Below are positions 1 through 11,829 of a DNA stretch of 64,000 nt, piece by piece; within the stretch, counting starts at the first letter, position 1, and every line of letters starts with the position of its first letter. The notes under the pieces were generated by a model. The model made no database searches and was not told the origin of the DNA. It saw only the letters and a program-made list of their open reading frames with translations. The DNA lies in NCBI GenBank assembly GCA_951406725.2, contig OX597833.1:55242001-55306000 (forward strand). Direction: 5' to 3'. A program made the position numbers and the translations under genes. Source of the stretch: Octopus vulgaris (Eukaryota).

Positions 1-387
1 CTCTCCCTATCTCTCTCTCCCTTCCTCTCTCTCCCTATCTCTCTCTCCCTTCCTCTCTCTCCCTTCCTCTCTCTCCCTATCTCTCTCTCTCCCTTCCTCT
101 CTCTCTCTCTCCCTATCTCTCTCTCTCCCTTCCTCTCTCTCTCTCTCCCTATCTCTCTCTCCCTTCCTCTCTCTCCCTTCCTCCCTCTCTCTCTCTCCCT
201 TCCTCTCTCTCTCTTCCTTCCTCTCTCCCTATCTCTCTCTCCCTTCCTCTCTCTCCCCCTCTCTCTCTTCCTTCCTCTCTCCCTATCTCTCTCTCCATTC
301 CTCTCTCTCCCTTCCTCTCTCTCCCTTCCTCTCTCTCCCTTCCTCTCTCTCCCTTCCTCCCCTCTCTCTCTCCCTTCCTCTCTCTCC
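1..387. repeat. CT-rich polypyrimidine minisatellite (units like CCCTATCTCTCTCTCCCTTCCTCTCTCT)
   Basis: Almost pure C/T on + strand with recurring ccctat/cccttc punctuation; explains the spurious RE-rich ORF 149..487. Confidence 0.95.
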
Positions 388-3200
388 AAACATCCAAACT
401 TGTGGCTTTGTGTCGATGTTCAGTCGTCATCGTCCTTTCGTTGTCTGCTGCCCCTTCAGTATACGTTTCATGTAGAAAGCACTTCATTCACGATGACTTC
501 TGTTTTTATTTAGGTGCAGTTAGTTTATTCAACACGAAGTGTGCATTTGTGTGGGTGTAGCTAGCGTACATCCACAACTGTAGACGTTTTCAGAATTTAT
601 TCTGTTTTCTACAAAGATATATCTTCTAAACATCTTTTCCACCCATGTCCGTATACATCCAAATTCATTTCCCCTCACATCACCACCACAAGTCTCGTAA
701 CATGCACTAGTTTGGAAGTATTATGTCTCTCCAGCTGCCTCTGTCCTTTGCTAATTTCTTCTGTCGGTTTGCTTTTAAACACTTGTCTTTTTTTACTTTC
801 ATTTCTTTTCTTGCAAATCTCTTCTTTCTCTCTCTTGTTTTCGGCAGTTTCATCTGTTTCTTTTTTGACAAGCAAATAGTCGAAGCTAGTATATTCCACT
901 TATATCATTTCTTCTATTGCTCAGTAATAATGTCTCAAGATGAATAGAAGTTACTTAGAAGCTGAGAAGTTATTAAGACTTGTTACTTTTTTTTCCACAG
1001 AAATACCGTAAAGTTTAAAATCATATTTAAAGAAAAAAAGAAAACCAAAAAAAAAACGAGGGGTAAAATGGGCAAATAAGTGTGTTTTTGTGTATGTAAT
1101 ATATGTTCATAATCTGACTTTGAAGTTTGGTAATGGATTGGCAGAATTAACAAAATGTTGGACAAGAATTACTCTGCAAGAGACATTCACCTGCATGACA
1201 CATTCACCAGTGCTTTTTACATGGGTGGATAGGTTTTCTTGAGTACAGCAATGCACCGTATATCTCATTCCTTATCTCTAGGTTGTGGTTGTTAGCCAAT
1301 GACGAAACTGTAGCATTTGACAAGTTCTAATTTTATTGATCCTCAGAAGAGCGAAAAGCAAAATTGTCCCTGGTGAGGAGATTTGGACTCAGAGCTCAAC
1401 GGTCGTGACTAAATATTTTGAACTGCTGCTAATGTAGTTTCAGCTCTTACAAATCCCACTCCATTTTCAACTGTTTCCATTGCTGCAGTTGACATTACAT
1501 TGGTTGGATTACTATATCAGATAGTCTTTAGAATCCAAAATCAGATAGTCTTTAGAATCCAAAGAAAGCTCAAAGCAACACTGATCTTCCAGCTTCAAAC
1601 CTGGTTAGATTTTAACCAGATTTAACTGGTTCCGTTTGGTGTTTTATCATCATGATTAGCTGTTGTAGGAATTAGTATCACCATAATTGCTTGAATCAAT
1701 TTGGCGACAGAACATCAATCCAACAACTTTAAACTACCAAAAACTTTACTTCCTCCAAATTCTTTAGATGTTGTGGTCTAACCATCCTTCTCTTCATCGC
1801 TGATATGATAAACACACAGTTCCATGAATCAGACCCCACTGAACTGGATTTAACTGAAGATTTACCTGTACCCCACCATTTTCTCTTGTGCTGTGGAAAA
1901 TAAACACACGGGCTTATGATTCAAATCTTAAAGAAAAATTCCTTTCAAGTCAATACGATGGTAATTAAAGATTGATAATGAATCTGAAAACGATATCTCC
2001 ATATCAGTCGTTGGTGCTGTCGTTGTCATCATCATCAAACTTAACTCCAGAAGCTTTCCAAACATGACTAACCTGTCTAAGATTACATTGTATCCATTGT
2101 GTGCTTATTTTTTTTAAAGCTAGGTGAATGTAGTTTTAGAGATTCGTTTATTGGTTTTAGCACAGAAAGAGGAGTTTATTATTGATAGTTAATTAATGTT
2201 TAGGAGTCAAATATAAAACAAAAGTTTGGCATGATACTAAAATGTTAGAAAAAATGAACAAATCTACTCACATAGCTTGTACTACGTCTGTGTTGCCTGC
2301 CAGATGACCGACCACGTTGCTGATTTATGCTGCTGAGCACCTGCCTTTTCATCTCCTTCCTACTCGTTTATTCACCAGGGCACATGTCTCTTCTATTTTT
2401 AGGAACTCCTCTCTTGAGACTCGTTCCAGCACCATATGTTTAGTGCTGGGTTTTTTAATTCAAGCGTTTGCTTTACTCACCTCATTAGGTCTGTGGGTTG
2501 GTGAAGGTACTGTTATGTACCTTCACCAAAGAAATAAGAAACATTAGAAAAAAAAAAACGGTACTGTTATGGTACCAAAGTGGAATTTGAACTCGGAATG
2601 CAGAAAACCAAAAGTAATATTACAATATCTTTGATCCAATATTCTTGAAGTTCTGCCAATCCACTGTCTTTGTTGGATATTTTCTTTTTATCAACCTCTA
2701 AGGATGAAAGGTGAAGCTGACTCTCAAAAGGGCAGAGATCAAGACAAATTCTTTGAAGTTCTCATAATTCAATCCCAATGCAATTGATTCTGGTAATTCA
2801 CTGCCTCATATCAAAGACTCTGAATTTTTTCAACCATTTTAACTTATTCCATATTCACCTGCTCCAGTCTTTGTTCCAATGTGATGGTTTGTGTGCTCCA
2901 ATGACTCCCAAGAGCTATGTCTGTGGAGTATAAGCACCTGACAAGGATTCTTATGATGGATAGGTCAAAGGATAGAGGCTGGGCTTATTTGGACCACTTC
3001 TTTGCCAAGGGGAAAATCAGTTTGCATAGGACCAACATCTCTACTTAGCAAATAGCAAAATTACAGAAGCACTGATGATGATTCAAACCAAACAAGACCC
3101 GGGAAAAGAGCAGAAAGTATAAAGTAGAGAACAGTGGAGAAAAGTGATCAATGACCTATGCTCCTTTGAGAGCAAAGGGCTTCAGTTAGCAGATAATATT

Positions 3201-3730
3201 AAGGTGGCGAGCTTGCAGAAACGTTAGCACGCCGGGTGAAATGCTTAGCGGTATTTCGTGTGCCGTTACGTTCTGAGTTCAAATTCTGCCTAAGTCAACT
3301 TTGCCTTTCATCCTTTTGGGGTTGATTAAATAAGTACCAGTTACGCACTGGGGTCGATATAATCGACTTAATCCGTTTGTCTGTCCTTGTTTGTCCTCTC
3401 TGTGTTTAGCCCCTTGTGGGTAGTAAAGAAATAGGCATTTCGTCTGCCGTTACGTTGCGAGTTCAAATTCCGCCAAGGTCGACTTTGCCTTTCATCCTTT
3501 CAGGGTCGATTAAATAAGTACCAGTTACGCACTGGGGTCGATGTAATCAATTTAATCCGTTTGTCTGTCCTTGTTTGTCTTCTCTGTGTTTAGCCCCTTG
3601 TGGGTAGTAAAGAAATAGGTATTTCGTCTCCCGTTACGTTGCGAGTTGAAATTCCGCCGATTTAATCCGTGTGTCTGTCCTTGTTTGTCCTCTCTGTGTT
3701 TAGCCCCTTGTGGGCAGTAAAGAAATAGGT
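3201..3730 (+). mobile_element. SINE family A, one full copy plus two tandem 5'-truncated copies
   Basis: Head GGCGAGCTTGCAGAAACGTTAG, B-box-like GAGTTCAAATTC, central GCCTTTCATCCTTTnGGGGTCGAT..AAGTACCAG, tail GGGTAGTAAAGAAATAGG; restarts at ATTTCGTCT near 3437 and 3621. Confidence 0.9.
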
Positions 3731-4275
3731 AATATTCACCTAGTAAACGATAGATATGGGGTTCAATTTCTGTTAGTGAATGGGTCTACCAGTTCCAATT
3801 TTTGGAGAGCCTCTTGTTATTTTCTTCCTGTCTTTAATTGGTACTTATAATGTCTCTAACATTATTGAATTTTTTAAAAATCTTTAGTAGCAGTTAATTC
3901 ATAAAGGTACATGCAACCATGATATCAAACATAATTAGTTGGTTCACATAACGAACATACTCTGTCCTTTTTTCCTTTACCTTTGTGTTTTCTTTTATTT
4001 TTGTTTGTTTGTTTGTTTGTTTTGTTCTTTCTTTCTTTCTTTCTACATTCTTTCTTCCCTTCTTTTTCTTAGTTGTGACAACAACTCATCGATTTTTTTT
4101 TTCATTCATTGTCGGTTTGTAATTTTTTTTTTTTTTTTTTTTACTTCTATTGAATCTGACCCACACGTCACACCTCACCACACTATATCTACACACACAC
4201 ACACACACACTACATCTCACACACACACACACTCGCTCAGCCTGTGCCAGCATCCCTACTTGTTTTCTCTTTCAG

Positions 4276-4340
4276 AGCAGCAAACAACATAGTGATATCA
4301 TGGAGTCAGTAATTAAAAGATACTGATAAACACAACACAG
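4276..4340 (+). other. Candidate upstream exon of the FHA-domain gene (5' UTR with uORF MESVIKRY*, or first coding exon with a frame defect)
   Basis: Acceptor ttgttttctctttcAG (AG 4274-4275), donor CAG|GTAAAA at 4341, ATG at 4300 in ATCATGG context; all three frames contain stops as written. Confidence 0.35.
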
Positions 4341-4414
4341 GTAAAACCTTTAGTTCTGTTCCATGTCTTGTCCGTATTTGACTTCTTTTTTTTTCGGTTG
4401 TTGCTGTTGATTTG

Positions 4415-4502
<88 letters not shown>

Positions 4503-4730
4503 TAACTTTTCTTTGTATCTCTTAGCCTGCTGTCAGCAGCGGAAGCAGCATCAATGTGGGGGAAGTCCTGCCAGACTAGTTTAGTTAGTATTTCCACCTG
4601 CCATTACTAGCTGCTAGCTTGTGAGATATTTCTGCTTGTCTAGTGACCTATGTCTCCTTGTTATAGTAAAATTTGCAGAACCATGTTTTTTTTTCCCTGC
4701 AGTGATTATCAATAATTATATCATAATTAG

Positions 4731-4763
<33 letters not shown>

Positions 4764-4792
4764 GTATATGTATATGTATATATATATGTATA

Positions 4793-4839
<47 letters not shown>

Positions 4840-4840
4840 G

Positions 4841-5200
4841 AATAAATAAATAAATGGAGTTGAACGAAGATGTTATTAAAATTCTTTTTCTTGCGACATA
4901 TGTTTCGAAGACAACATGGTTTTATTCCAAACTAATAAACGGTGTAAAATGCAATTCCTTTGGAATACACCATGTTGCTTTCGAAACATATGTCGAAAGT
5001 AAAAGAATTTTCATAACATCTTCATTCAACTCCATTTATTTATTTATTTATAAAACACAAATTACTGCACATTAACCCGGAGTTTCTACCTTTGGATAGG
5101 TCACTTCGACCGCGTTTCTGACGTGAATTTTGCTACCCTGGTAACAGTTTATTGAATTTTCCATGTTAACGGGAAACATAGGATAATTCATTCATCCATT
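4841..5200. mobile_element. Fold-back repeat, probable Penelope-type terminal repeat with an inverted arm
   Basis: About 90-bp inverted arms 4841-4931 and 4959-5048; each carries GAAACATATGTC, resembling a hammerhead 3' half; flanked by (TA)n on both sides. Confidence 0.6.
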
Positions 5201-5234
5201 TAAATATATATATATATATATATGTACTATATAA

Positions 5235-5613
5235 GGCGTAGGAGTGGCTGTGTGGTAAGTAGCTTGCTTACCAACCACATGGTTCCGGGTTCAGTCCCAC
5301 TGCATGGCACCTTGGGCAAGTGTGTTCTACTATAGCCTTGGCCCGACCAAAGCCATGTGAATGGATTTGGTAGACGGAAACTGAAAGAAGCCCGTCGTAT
5401 ATATGTATATATATATATATATGCGTGTGTGTGTTTGTGTGTCTGTGTTTGTCCCCCCCAACATCGCTTGACAGCCGATGCTGGTGTGTTTCGGCAAAAG
5501 AGACTGATAGAATAAGTATTAAGCTTACAAAGAATAAGTCCTGGGGTCGATTTGCTCGACTAAAGGTGGTGCTCCAGCATGGCTCCAGTCAAATGACTGA
5601 AACAAGTAAAAGA

Positions 5614-5616
<3 letters not shown>
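5235..5616 (+). mobile_element. SINE family B (tRNA-like head, CORE-like CCTTGGGCAAGTG, internal (TA)n)
   Basis: GGAGTGGCTGTGTGGTAAG A-box-like and GGTTCAGTCCC B-box-like motifs; tail CAAATGACTGAAACAAGTAAAAGAGTA; many near-identical copies in the window. Confidence 0.9.
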
Positions 5617-5657
<41 letters not shown>

Positions 5658-6102
5658 GTGTGTTTGTGTATGTAAAAACTACATTGTAAATGGTTTTAAG
5701 ATTTTATGAATAAATTATATGTAAACACATTTATAAGTCTAAGATGTAAAAATAAAAACAGATCCTATCATGGGAGTGGAGCCACATGTCTTTCACTGTA
5801 TGTATACTGTGGTATAGGGCTGTATTTGAACTTCAAAAAATATATAGTTCCTAAATCAAAGTTCATCATAAACGCAGAGTATAAAATTTGCTGTGTTAGG
5901 ATTTTCTTGTTTAGAGCATTGCCAATTGTAATAAAAAATTTTTTTAATTTACTTGCTTAATTCTTATGGTCCTTATATTCTATTATATTCAGTGTTATCT
6001 ACTGGCATTTACAGGTATATTATGGTGGCTAGATTAATTGTAAGTTTATGTTGAAATAATATTAATAAATGTGCTATTAAACCTGTTTAATATACCTTAA
6101 AA

Positions 6103-6429
6103 GAGTGGTTCCCAAAGTGGGCGGTATTACCCTACTGGGTGTATTGAAGAAAAGTGGGGCGATAATGGGGTAGCAATTCATGTAACAAGTGGGGTCGTTA
6201 ATGGGGTAGCGATTCATGTAAAATGTGGGGGCGATAATGGAGTAGTGATTCAGGTAAAAACAACAAAGTAAAGGGTTCATTAGGTCAAGTTTTATTTGTT
6301 AAATACAGTTGCTTTGAATTTACTTCAGAAAGAGGTCTATATTTGTGATGGTTAGTTGGGGGTGAGGGCGCTAGGAATGTGGCCCTGATGTCAAAGGAGC
6401 AGGGGCCCAAAGAAGTTTGGGAACCGCTG
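6103..6429. mobile_element. hAT (Charlie-like) non-autonomous MITE
   Basis: TIRs GAGTGGTTCCCAAA and TTTGGGAACCGCTG; 8-bp TSD ccttaaaa (6095-6102) / tcttaaaa (6430-6437); three internal ~35-bp repeats GTGGGGCGATAATGGGGTAG. Confidence 0.85.
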
Positions 6430-7156
6430 TCTTAAAATGATAGTACAGCAAACTTAGTTGATATACTGTTGGCACCTTTTGCAGCAGCTGACAAACAGCA
6501 AAATCAAATTGTGTCAGTTTCAATCAGCTGCGCTGCTAAGTACTACTCTTTAAGCACATCACTCCACTGGTCTTTTGGATGGTTGTTAAAGGACAATTGG
6601 GGCTGTAAACTCTATGTTAAGTGAAGTGCCTATTGTGTTGATGCCCTCATTACCAAATTGAAACCCTTAGATAAGTGGAGGTTACAAGTGTTGGTTTTGG
6701 ATTCAACATAGAACATGCTAAAAATCTGGTAAAAATTTCAGAAAAACTGTATTCTTAGTTGTGGAATATTGATGACTAGTCTTATACAACGAGACTAAAA
6801 CATGTTTTAAATGAAGAACCTGGAAGTTATCATATACATTGACACATCCCAATACAAAATGGATTCTGCTAATTCACCCTTTCAGAATTAGCACTTCATA
6901 AACATTTTATTAGACAAACAAATAATATTCCTTTCAAATCACAAATTACGATCAGCTATTATAGGATATACATGCTGTTTCTATTCAATTCCCTGACAAC
7001 TATCATCTGGAGGTCTCTCTTTTTCTCTCTCTCCCCCACTCTATCTCTCTCTATATCTATCTATTTATCTATCTATCTATTTATCTATCGCTTTCCTATG
7101 ACACTGTTTCTCCTCTATTTTCTTTCTGTCACCCTCTACTCTAACTCTCTTCTTAG

Positions 7157-7234
7157 GTTTCAGAAAGAAACTCTGCATAGAAGGGGCTTTTTTTTTCAGC
7201 CTGTCCAGGGGGAGAGGCAGCCTCTCTGGTACCA
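7157..7234 (+). CDS. Probable coding exon of the FHA-domain gene (FQKETLHRRGFFFQPVQGERQPLWY)
   Basis: Long polypyrimidine tract ending cttcttAG at 7156 (alternative AGs at 7163 and 7199), strong donor CA|GTGAGT at 7235. The terminal CA joins the first base C of exon 29713 to give CAC, reading QPLWYHFHKVTYMIGRN in frame. Confidence 0.6.
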
Positions 7235-7482
7235 GTGAGTAGAGACAATGCTAGTAAAGAGAGGGTTTTTGTTGTTTTTTTTTGTCTTGTTGAAGTTAAG
7301 ATACCTTCTAGTGATAGCACTGTGATAGATGTACACTGCACACTCTATAAAGTAGTTGATGCTTGGAAAAGCATGTAACCTTAGAAACCATACCAAAAAT
7401 CTACCCTGCAAGTGAGACACCTTAACCATTCTAGATGTGCAGAAACTCCAGATAAGCTTTGACTCTGGTTGTAACAGTTCAT

Positions 7483-7617
7483 ATAATAATAATAATAATA
7501 ATAGTAATAATAATAATGATGATGATAATAATAATAATAATAATAATAATAATAGTAGTAATAATAACAGTAGTAACAATAACAACAACAACAACAACAA
7601 CAACAATAATAATAATA
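7483..7617. repeat. (AAT)n/(AAC)n compound microsatellite
   Basis: Visible trinucleotide runs. Confidence 0.95.
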
Positions 7618-7698
7618 TGTTTACAAGTACAGCCAAGGGATCTGTTTGCTTTTTTCTGTCTTAGGCATATTTGTAGATGTCAAATACTTACATACATA

Positions 7699-7749
<51 letters not shown>

Positions 7750-8658
7750 TCACACACACAAACATATATGTGCATGTGTGTGTGTGTACTTAACTTTTGT
7801 TATAACAAATTACTATGTATACATAAAAAAGTAAAGTCCAAACTGAAATGCTTCATATTTTGAGCAAAAATTTTTATCCCAGCTTTTTTAAAAGGAAAAA
7901 ACGCTTCAAAAGTTGTTTTTTTTTTGCTCGTTTTTTTTTTGCTGGTTTTTTTTTAATGATATCTGATAAACGATAACTGAGAAATATTTAGCACTTGCAA
8001 TTTATACGAAATTTTACTGGATATTGAAGTAACACACACTTGAAACCAGACAATATTGATAAGTTCGATAAATGTAAACATATTTTTATAAATTTAAACA
8101 TATTTTGATCTTGATATTGATCAGAATTGCAGGAAATTATAGATAAAAATCGAATGGCGGATGAGAGGGGGGAAAAAATATTATCGCACATCGAAAAAAT
8201 GTGTGTGAAAATAAGCATTTTTTGTTTGCTGTTTTTGTTTTTGATTTTGTTTTCTATTTGAAACCATCTGAAATGTTTTGGATAAAATAAAATAAAATAA
8301 AATAAAATAAAATAGTGTACAATAGAACTGCGTAAGAGCTTGGTAATCCGGTACTTTGCAGGGAAAGGGTTAAGAAGGAGTGCATGTGTTTGTGTGTGTG
8401 AATGCCTTGGTCCTTTTGTGTAACTGTTTCTTTTCTTCTTTTTCTTCTTCTTCGTCTTCTTCTTGTTCTTTTGTTGTAAACCTTACTGTTGACTTTTGTT
8501 ACATTTTTGCAAAATATCTGCTGCATGTGTGTGTGTGTATGTGTGCTTGTATGTATATGCGTATGTGTATGCGTTCGGTGTTTTTTGAAAATTTATGCGA
8601 GTAACAACTGAATTATGCAATTATATGGAATCAACTGCTCTTACTTGTGAAGCTTCCT

Positions 8659-8690
<32 letters not shown>

Positions 8691-8957
8691 CACCTCACTC
8701 TGCCCCCATCCCCTATGTGTTAACGAGAGGGCAAATGGAGTTGGCATCCATGTAAACTGCTCTTTATTCACCATAGTTTTGGGCAAATATAAAAAAAAAA
8801 TATATGTTTAAATCTATATTAATTTTATTAGACTTGGTAATTTGTCTGTTGCCTGTTGAATCATCACAACCACCTCTTCTCTCAACCCTGTGACAAACAC
8901 TGAATCAAGAAAAAAAAAATTGGGGGTGTCATACCCAATGCTTGGCAGAAGTATCAG

Positions 8958-9408
8958 GCAATGAGCTGGCAGAAACGTTAGCACGCCGGGTGAAATGCTT
9001 AGCGGTATTTTGTCTGCCGTTACGTTCTGAGTTTAAATTCTGCCAAGGTCGACTTTGCCTTTCATCCTTTCGGGGTTGATAAATTAAGTACCAGTTACGC
9101 ACTGGGGTCGATATAATCGACTTAATCCGTTTGTCTGTCCTTGTGTGTCCTCTCTGTGTTTAGCCCCTTGTGGGTAGTAAAGAAATAGGTATTTCGTCTG
9201 CCGCTACGTTCTGAGTTCAAATTCCGCCGAGGTCGACAATGCTGGTGTGTTTACATCCCCGTAACTTAGCGGTTCGGCAAAAGAGACCAATAGAATAAGT
9301 ACTAGGCTTACAAAGAATAAGTCCTGGGGGTCGATTTGCTCGACTAAAGGCAGTGTTCCAGCATGGCCACAGTCAGATGACTGAAACAAGTAAAAGAGTA
9401 AAAGAGTA
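8958..9408 (+). mobile_element. Chimeric SINE: family A (full copy plus restart) fused to the 3' half of family B
   Basis: Family A 8958-9189, restart GTATTTCGTCTGCCG to GGTCGAC at ~9237, then ATGCTGGTGTGTTTACATCCCCG through the family B tail. Confidence 0.85.
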
Positions 9409-10199
9409 GACATGTGTGTGTGGTCATTGTAGATGAATGTCATTCATTTCTAATATTCTTGAAAAACTTGTATGGCCACGGGGGAAGTATTACCTTGCTT
9501 GGTAACAGTTGTTATGGTTTGTGACAGGAAGGGCATCCATCCATTGAAAATCTGCTTCCATAAACATTTTCTGACCTAAGCAAGCATGGAAAAATCCCAT
9601 ATTAAAACGATGATGATGTATATGCATACAAATTAGCTGTGTGTCGAAGGAGGGAAGTGAAAGAAACCTGAAAGATGGGTGGAGAGATTTAACCGTTTCC
9701 AGTCTTAAAAGCGTTAACATGAAAACATCCGGTTTCTGTTAATGCAATAAAAAATAAGAAAAAAAAAAATTTTTTTTTAAATCAGCCATTGGAAACTTGT
9801 ACCGTCACTGAACCAAATAATGAAGTTTTGCCACTCAAAACTATCATCCATCTTGGAGAAATTATTCACTCTTAGATTCTGGCAAAAACATGCAACTACA
9901 GTGTGAGTTCAGTGATATGTGCACACACCTGTATGTAATCTATGCACACACCTGTACATAATCTATGCACACAAAATGCCAAAGATACTCAGGTGATGGT
10001 TTTTAAATCTCCATCTCTTGTCCTGGTTTTTCTTTGTAGGTTAATTCGAAACAAGCCTTTTTACACTTTGGCATTCAAACGGGGGATACCTGGTCCAGAT
10101 ATTTTACCCATGCTCCGTTCAAACTGGCCAAATGTAGCCTCTCACACCTGCCCTACAATGTCATTCTAAAAATTAGCTATTACATCATCAACATGAGGT

Positions 10200-10720
10200 A
10201 TCATCATCATCATCATCACCACCAACATCATCATTTAACGTCTATTTTCCATGATGGCATGGGTTTGACTGTTTGACAGAAGTTGACCAGCTGAAGGGCT
10301 CCATATCTGTTTTGACATGGTGTCTACAGCTGGATGCCATTCCTTATGCTAACCACTTTACAAAGCACATGCTGGCATGGGTTTGATGGTTTGACAAATA
10401 CAAACCCATGCTGGCATGAGTTTGATGGTTTGACAGAAGCTGACCAGCTGAAGGGCTCCATATCTGTTTTGACATGGTGTCTACAGCTGGATGCCATTCC
10501 TTATGCTAACCACTTTACAAAGTGCACTGGCTGCTTTTATGTAGCTCCAGCACTTACAAGCCTGCGAGATTAGGGATGCTGCAATGGACAAGCCTGAATG
10601 CAAGGATAACCATATTTTTACTTAGCATGATGGGTCTTTTCAAGGACAGCAAACCGCTAGGAGTGTTGGTCCCTTGTCATCTCTTCTGTGAATCCCAACA
10701 TCTGTAGATCCTTTCACACA
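10200..10720 (-). mobile_element. Decayed RTE-clade LINE 3' end
   Basis: Minus strand 10632-10720 translates KDLQMLGFTEEMTRDQHS*RFAVLEKT, similar to the RTE C-terminus at 14.9 kb; 3' UTR resembles family E with a (GAT)n tail. Confidence 0.7.
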
Positions 10721-10815
10721 TGATTATTTCAAAACTCAGTTCTATTTTTAAGAGATGAGGAATTATGTACATTATTTACATTCAACGGGTATTTGTCATC
10801 ATCCTGTTTGTTGTT

Positions 10816-10861
10816 AACACAACATTTTGGCTGATATACCCTCCAGCCTTCTTCAGGTGTC
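10816..10861 (-). ncRNA. Minimal type I hammerhead motif, decayed (GAAA to AAAA)
   Basis: GACAC-CTGAAGA-A-GGCTG-gagggtatat-CAGCC-AAAA-TGT-T-GTGTT; stems I and II pair. Confidence 0.7.
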
Positions 10862-10908
10862 TTGAGGAAATTTCGAACCTTGGTTCTCATTCCTAAGGAA
10901 ATTTTCAA

Positions 10909-10948
<40 letters not shown>

Positions 10949-10957
10949 GTTAGTGTT

Positions 10958-11032
10958 CAGGTTACTGCTTGGAATCAAACTTGAAATCTTGGGGTTAGTA
11001 GCCGGCACTCTTAACCACTATGCCATATGCCC
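10958..11032 (-). promoter_or_regulatory. tRNA-derived Pol III internal promoter (SINE-type head), not a functional tRNA
   Basis: A box TGGCATAGTGG, anticodon-like loop CTACTAA, B box GTTTGATTCC (one change from GTTCGATTCC); no acceptor stem. Confidence 0.75.
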
Positions 11033-11118
11033 TAAACATTAATAATAATAATAATAATAATAACAACAACATAAAAAAATACCTTAGGAATGAGAACCCA
11101 GGTTCGAAATTTCCCCAA

Positions 11119-11164
11119 GACACCTGAAGAAGGCTGGAGGGTATATCAGCCAAAATGTTGTGTT
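11119..11164 (+). ncRNA. Minimal type I hammerhead motif, decayed (GAAA to AAAA)
   Basis: GACACCTGAAGAAGGCTGGAGGGTATATCAGCCAAAATGTTGTGTT, identical to the reverse complement of 10816-10861. Confidence 0.7.
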
Positions 11165-11829
11165 AACAATAAACAAGATGAGGACAAAAATCCTTCGAAT
11201 GTAAATAATGTAAATAATATTTCAAAACTGTGAATATATAAGCATTACAGCTGATAGTGTGATTTGAAATGCTTAAAGGGGTAAACCAACCATACCAAGC
11301 TGATATGTTTTTACCTGTTTTATGTTGACACTGACCAGATCTGGCTTTTCACAACACCTTTACAGCATCATTCGAGAAATGACCGGCCACATCATCAAAA
11401 TCTCAGAGCTGTGAGATAATGCCCGATTAATTCAAAACAATGTGAATAAATAGGCATTACATTTGTAAAGGGAACTGGTTGATTCTTTACACTTTTTGGG
11501 TGCAACACAATTTCCTTTCTTTTTGTTTCGAGAAACTACCAGTCAGGAACAAAACGCAACTTTAAAAATATATATGCTTCTTTATTGTCTTATTTACAAA
11601 TGAACCACATTGGTATATTGGTATCCACTTGGTTCAATATAGCAAGGCTGGATTTTAACATTTGTAAGATTCTTACAACAAATTCAGCAGCAACAGAGCA
11701 GGTCAAATCCTAAGCATCTGGGACAGGAGAATAGGCTGATCACACATTTAAAAATACATCCTTTCTCTTCAATAACCATGTCTCAAGTCAACGACGCTAA
11801 CAAGGAACGCGATAGAATTTTCTTCCCCA

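Larger units (their letters stand above)
10737..11217. mobile_element. tRNA-headed, hammerhead-bearing element inserted as a tail-out inverted dimer
   Basis: Inverted tails ~10737-10910 (-) and ~11070-11217 (+), central tRNA-like head 10958-11032 (-), (AAT)n spacers, 12-bp TSD tatttcaaaact at 10725-10736 and 11218-11229. Confidence 0.85.

Noticed and set aside
10958-11032. tRNA-Ser(ACT) gene; likewise tRNA calls for SINE B, C and D heads
   Set aside because: A/B boxes are present but there is no acceptor stem and each is joined to repeat bodies; treated as SINE heads
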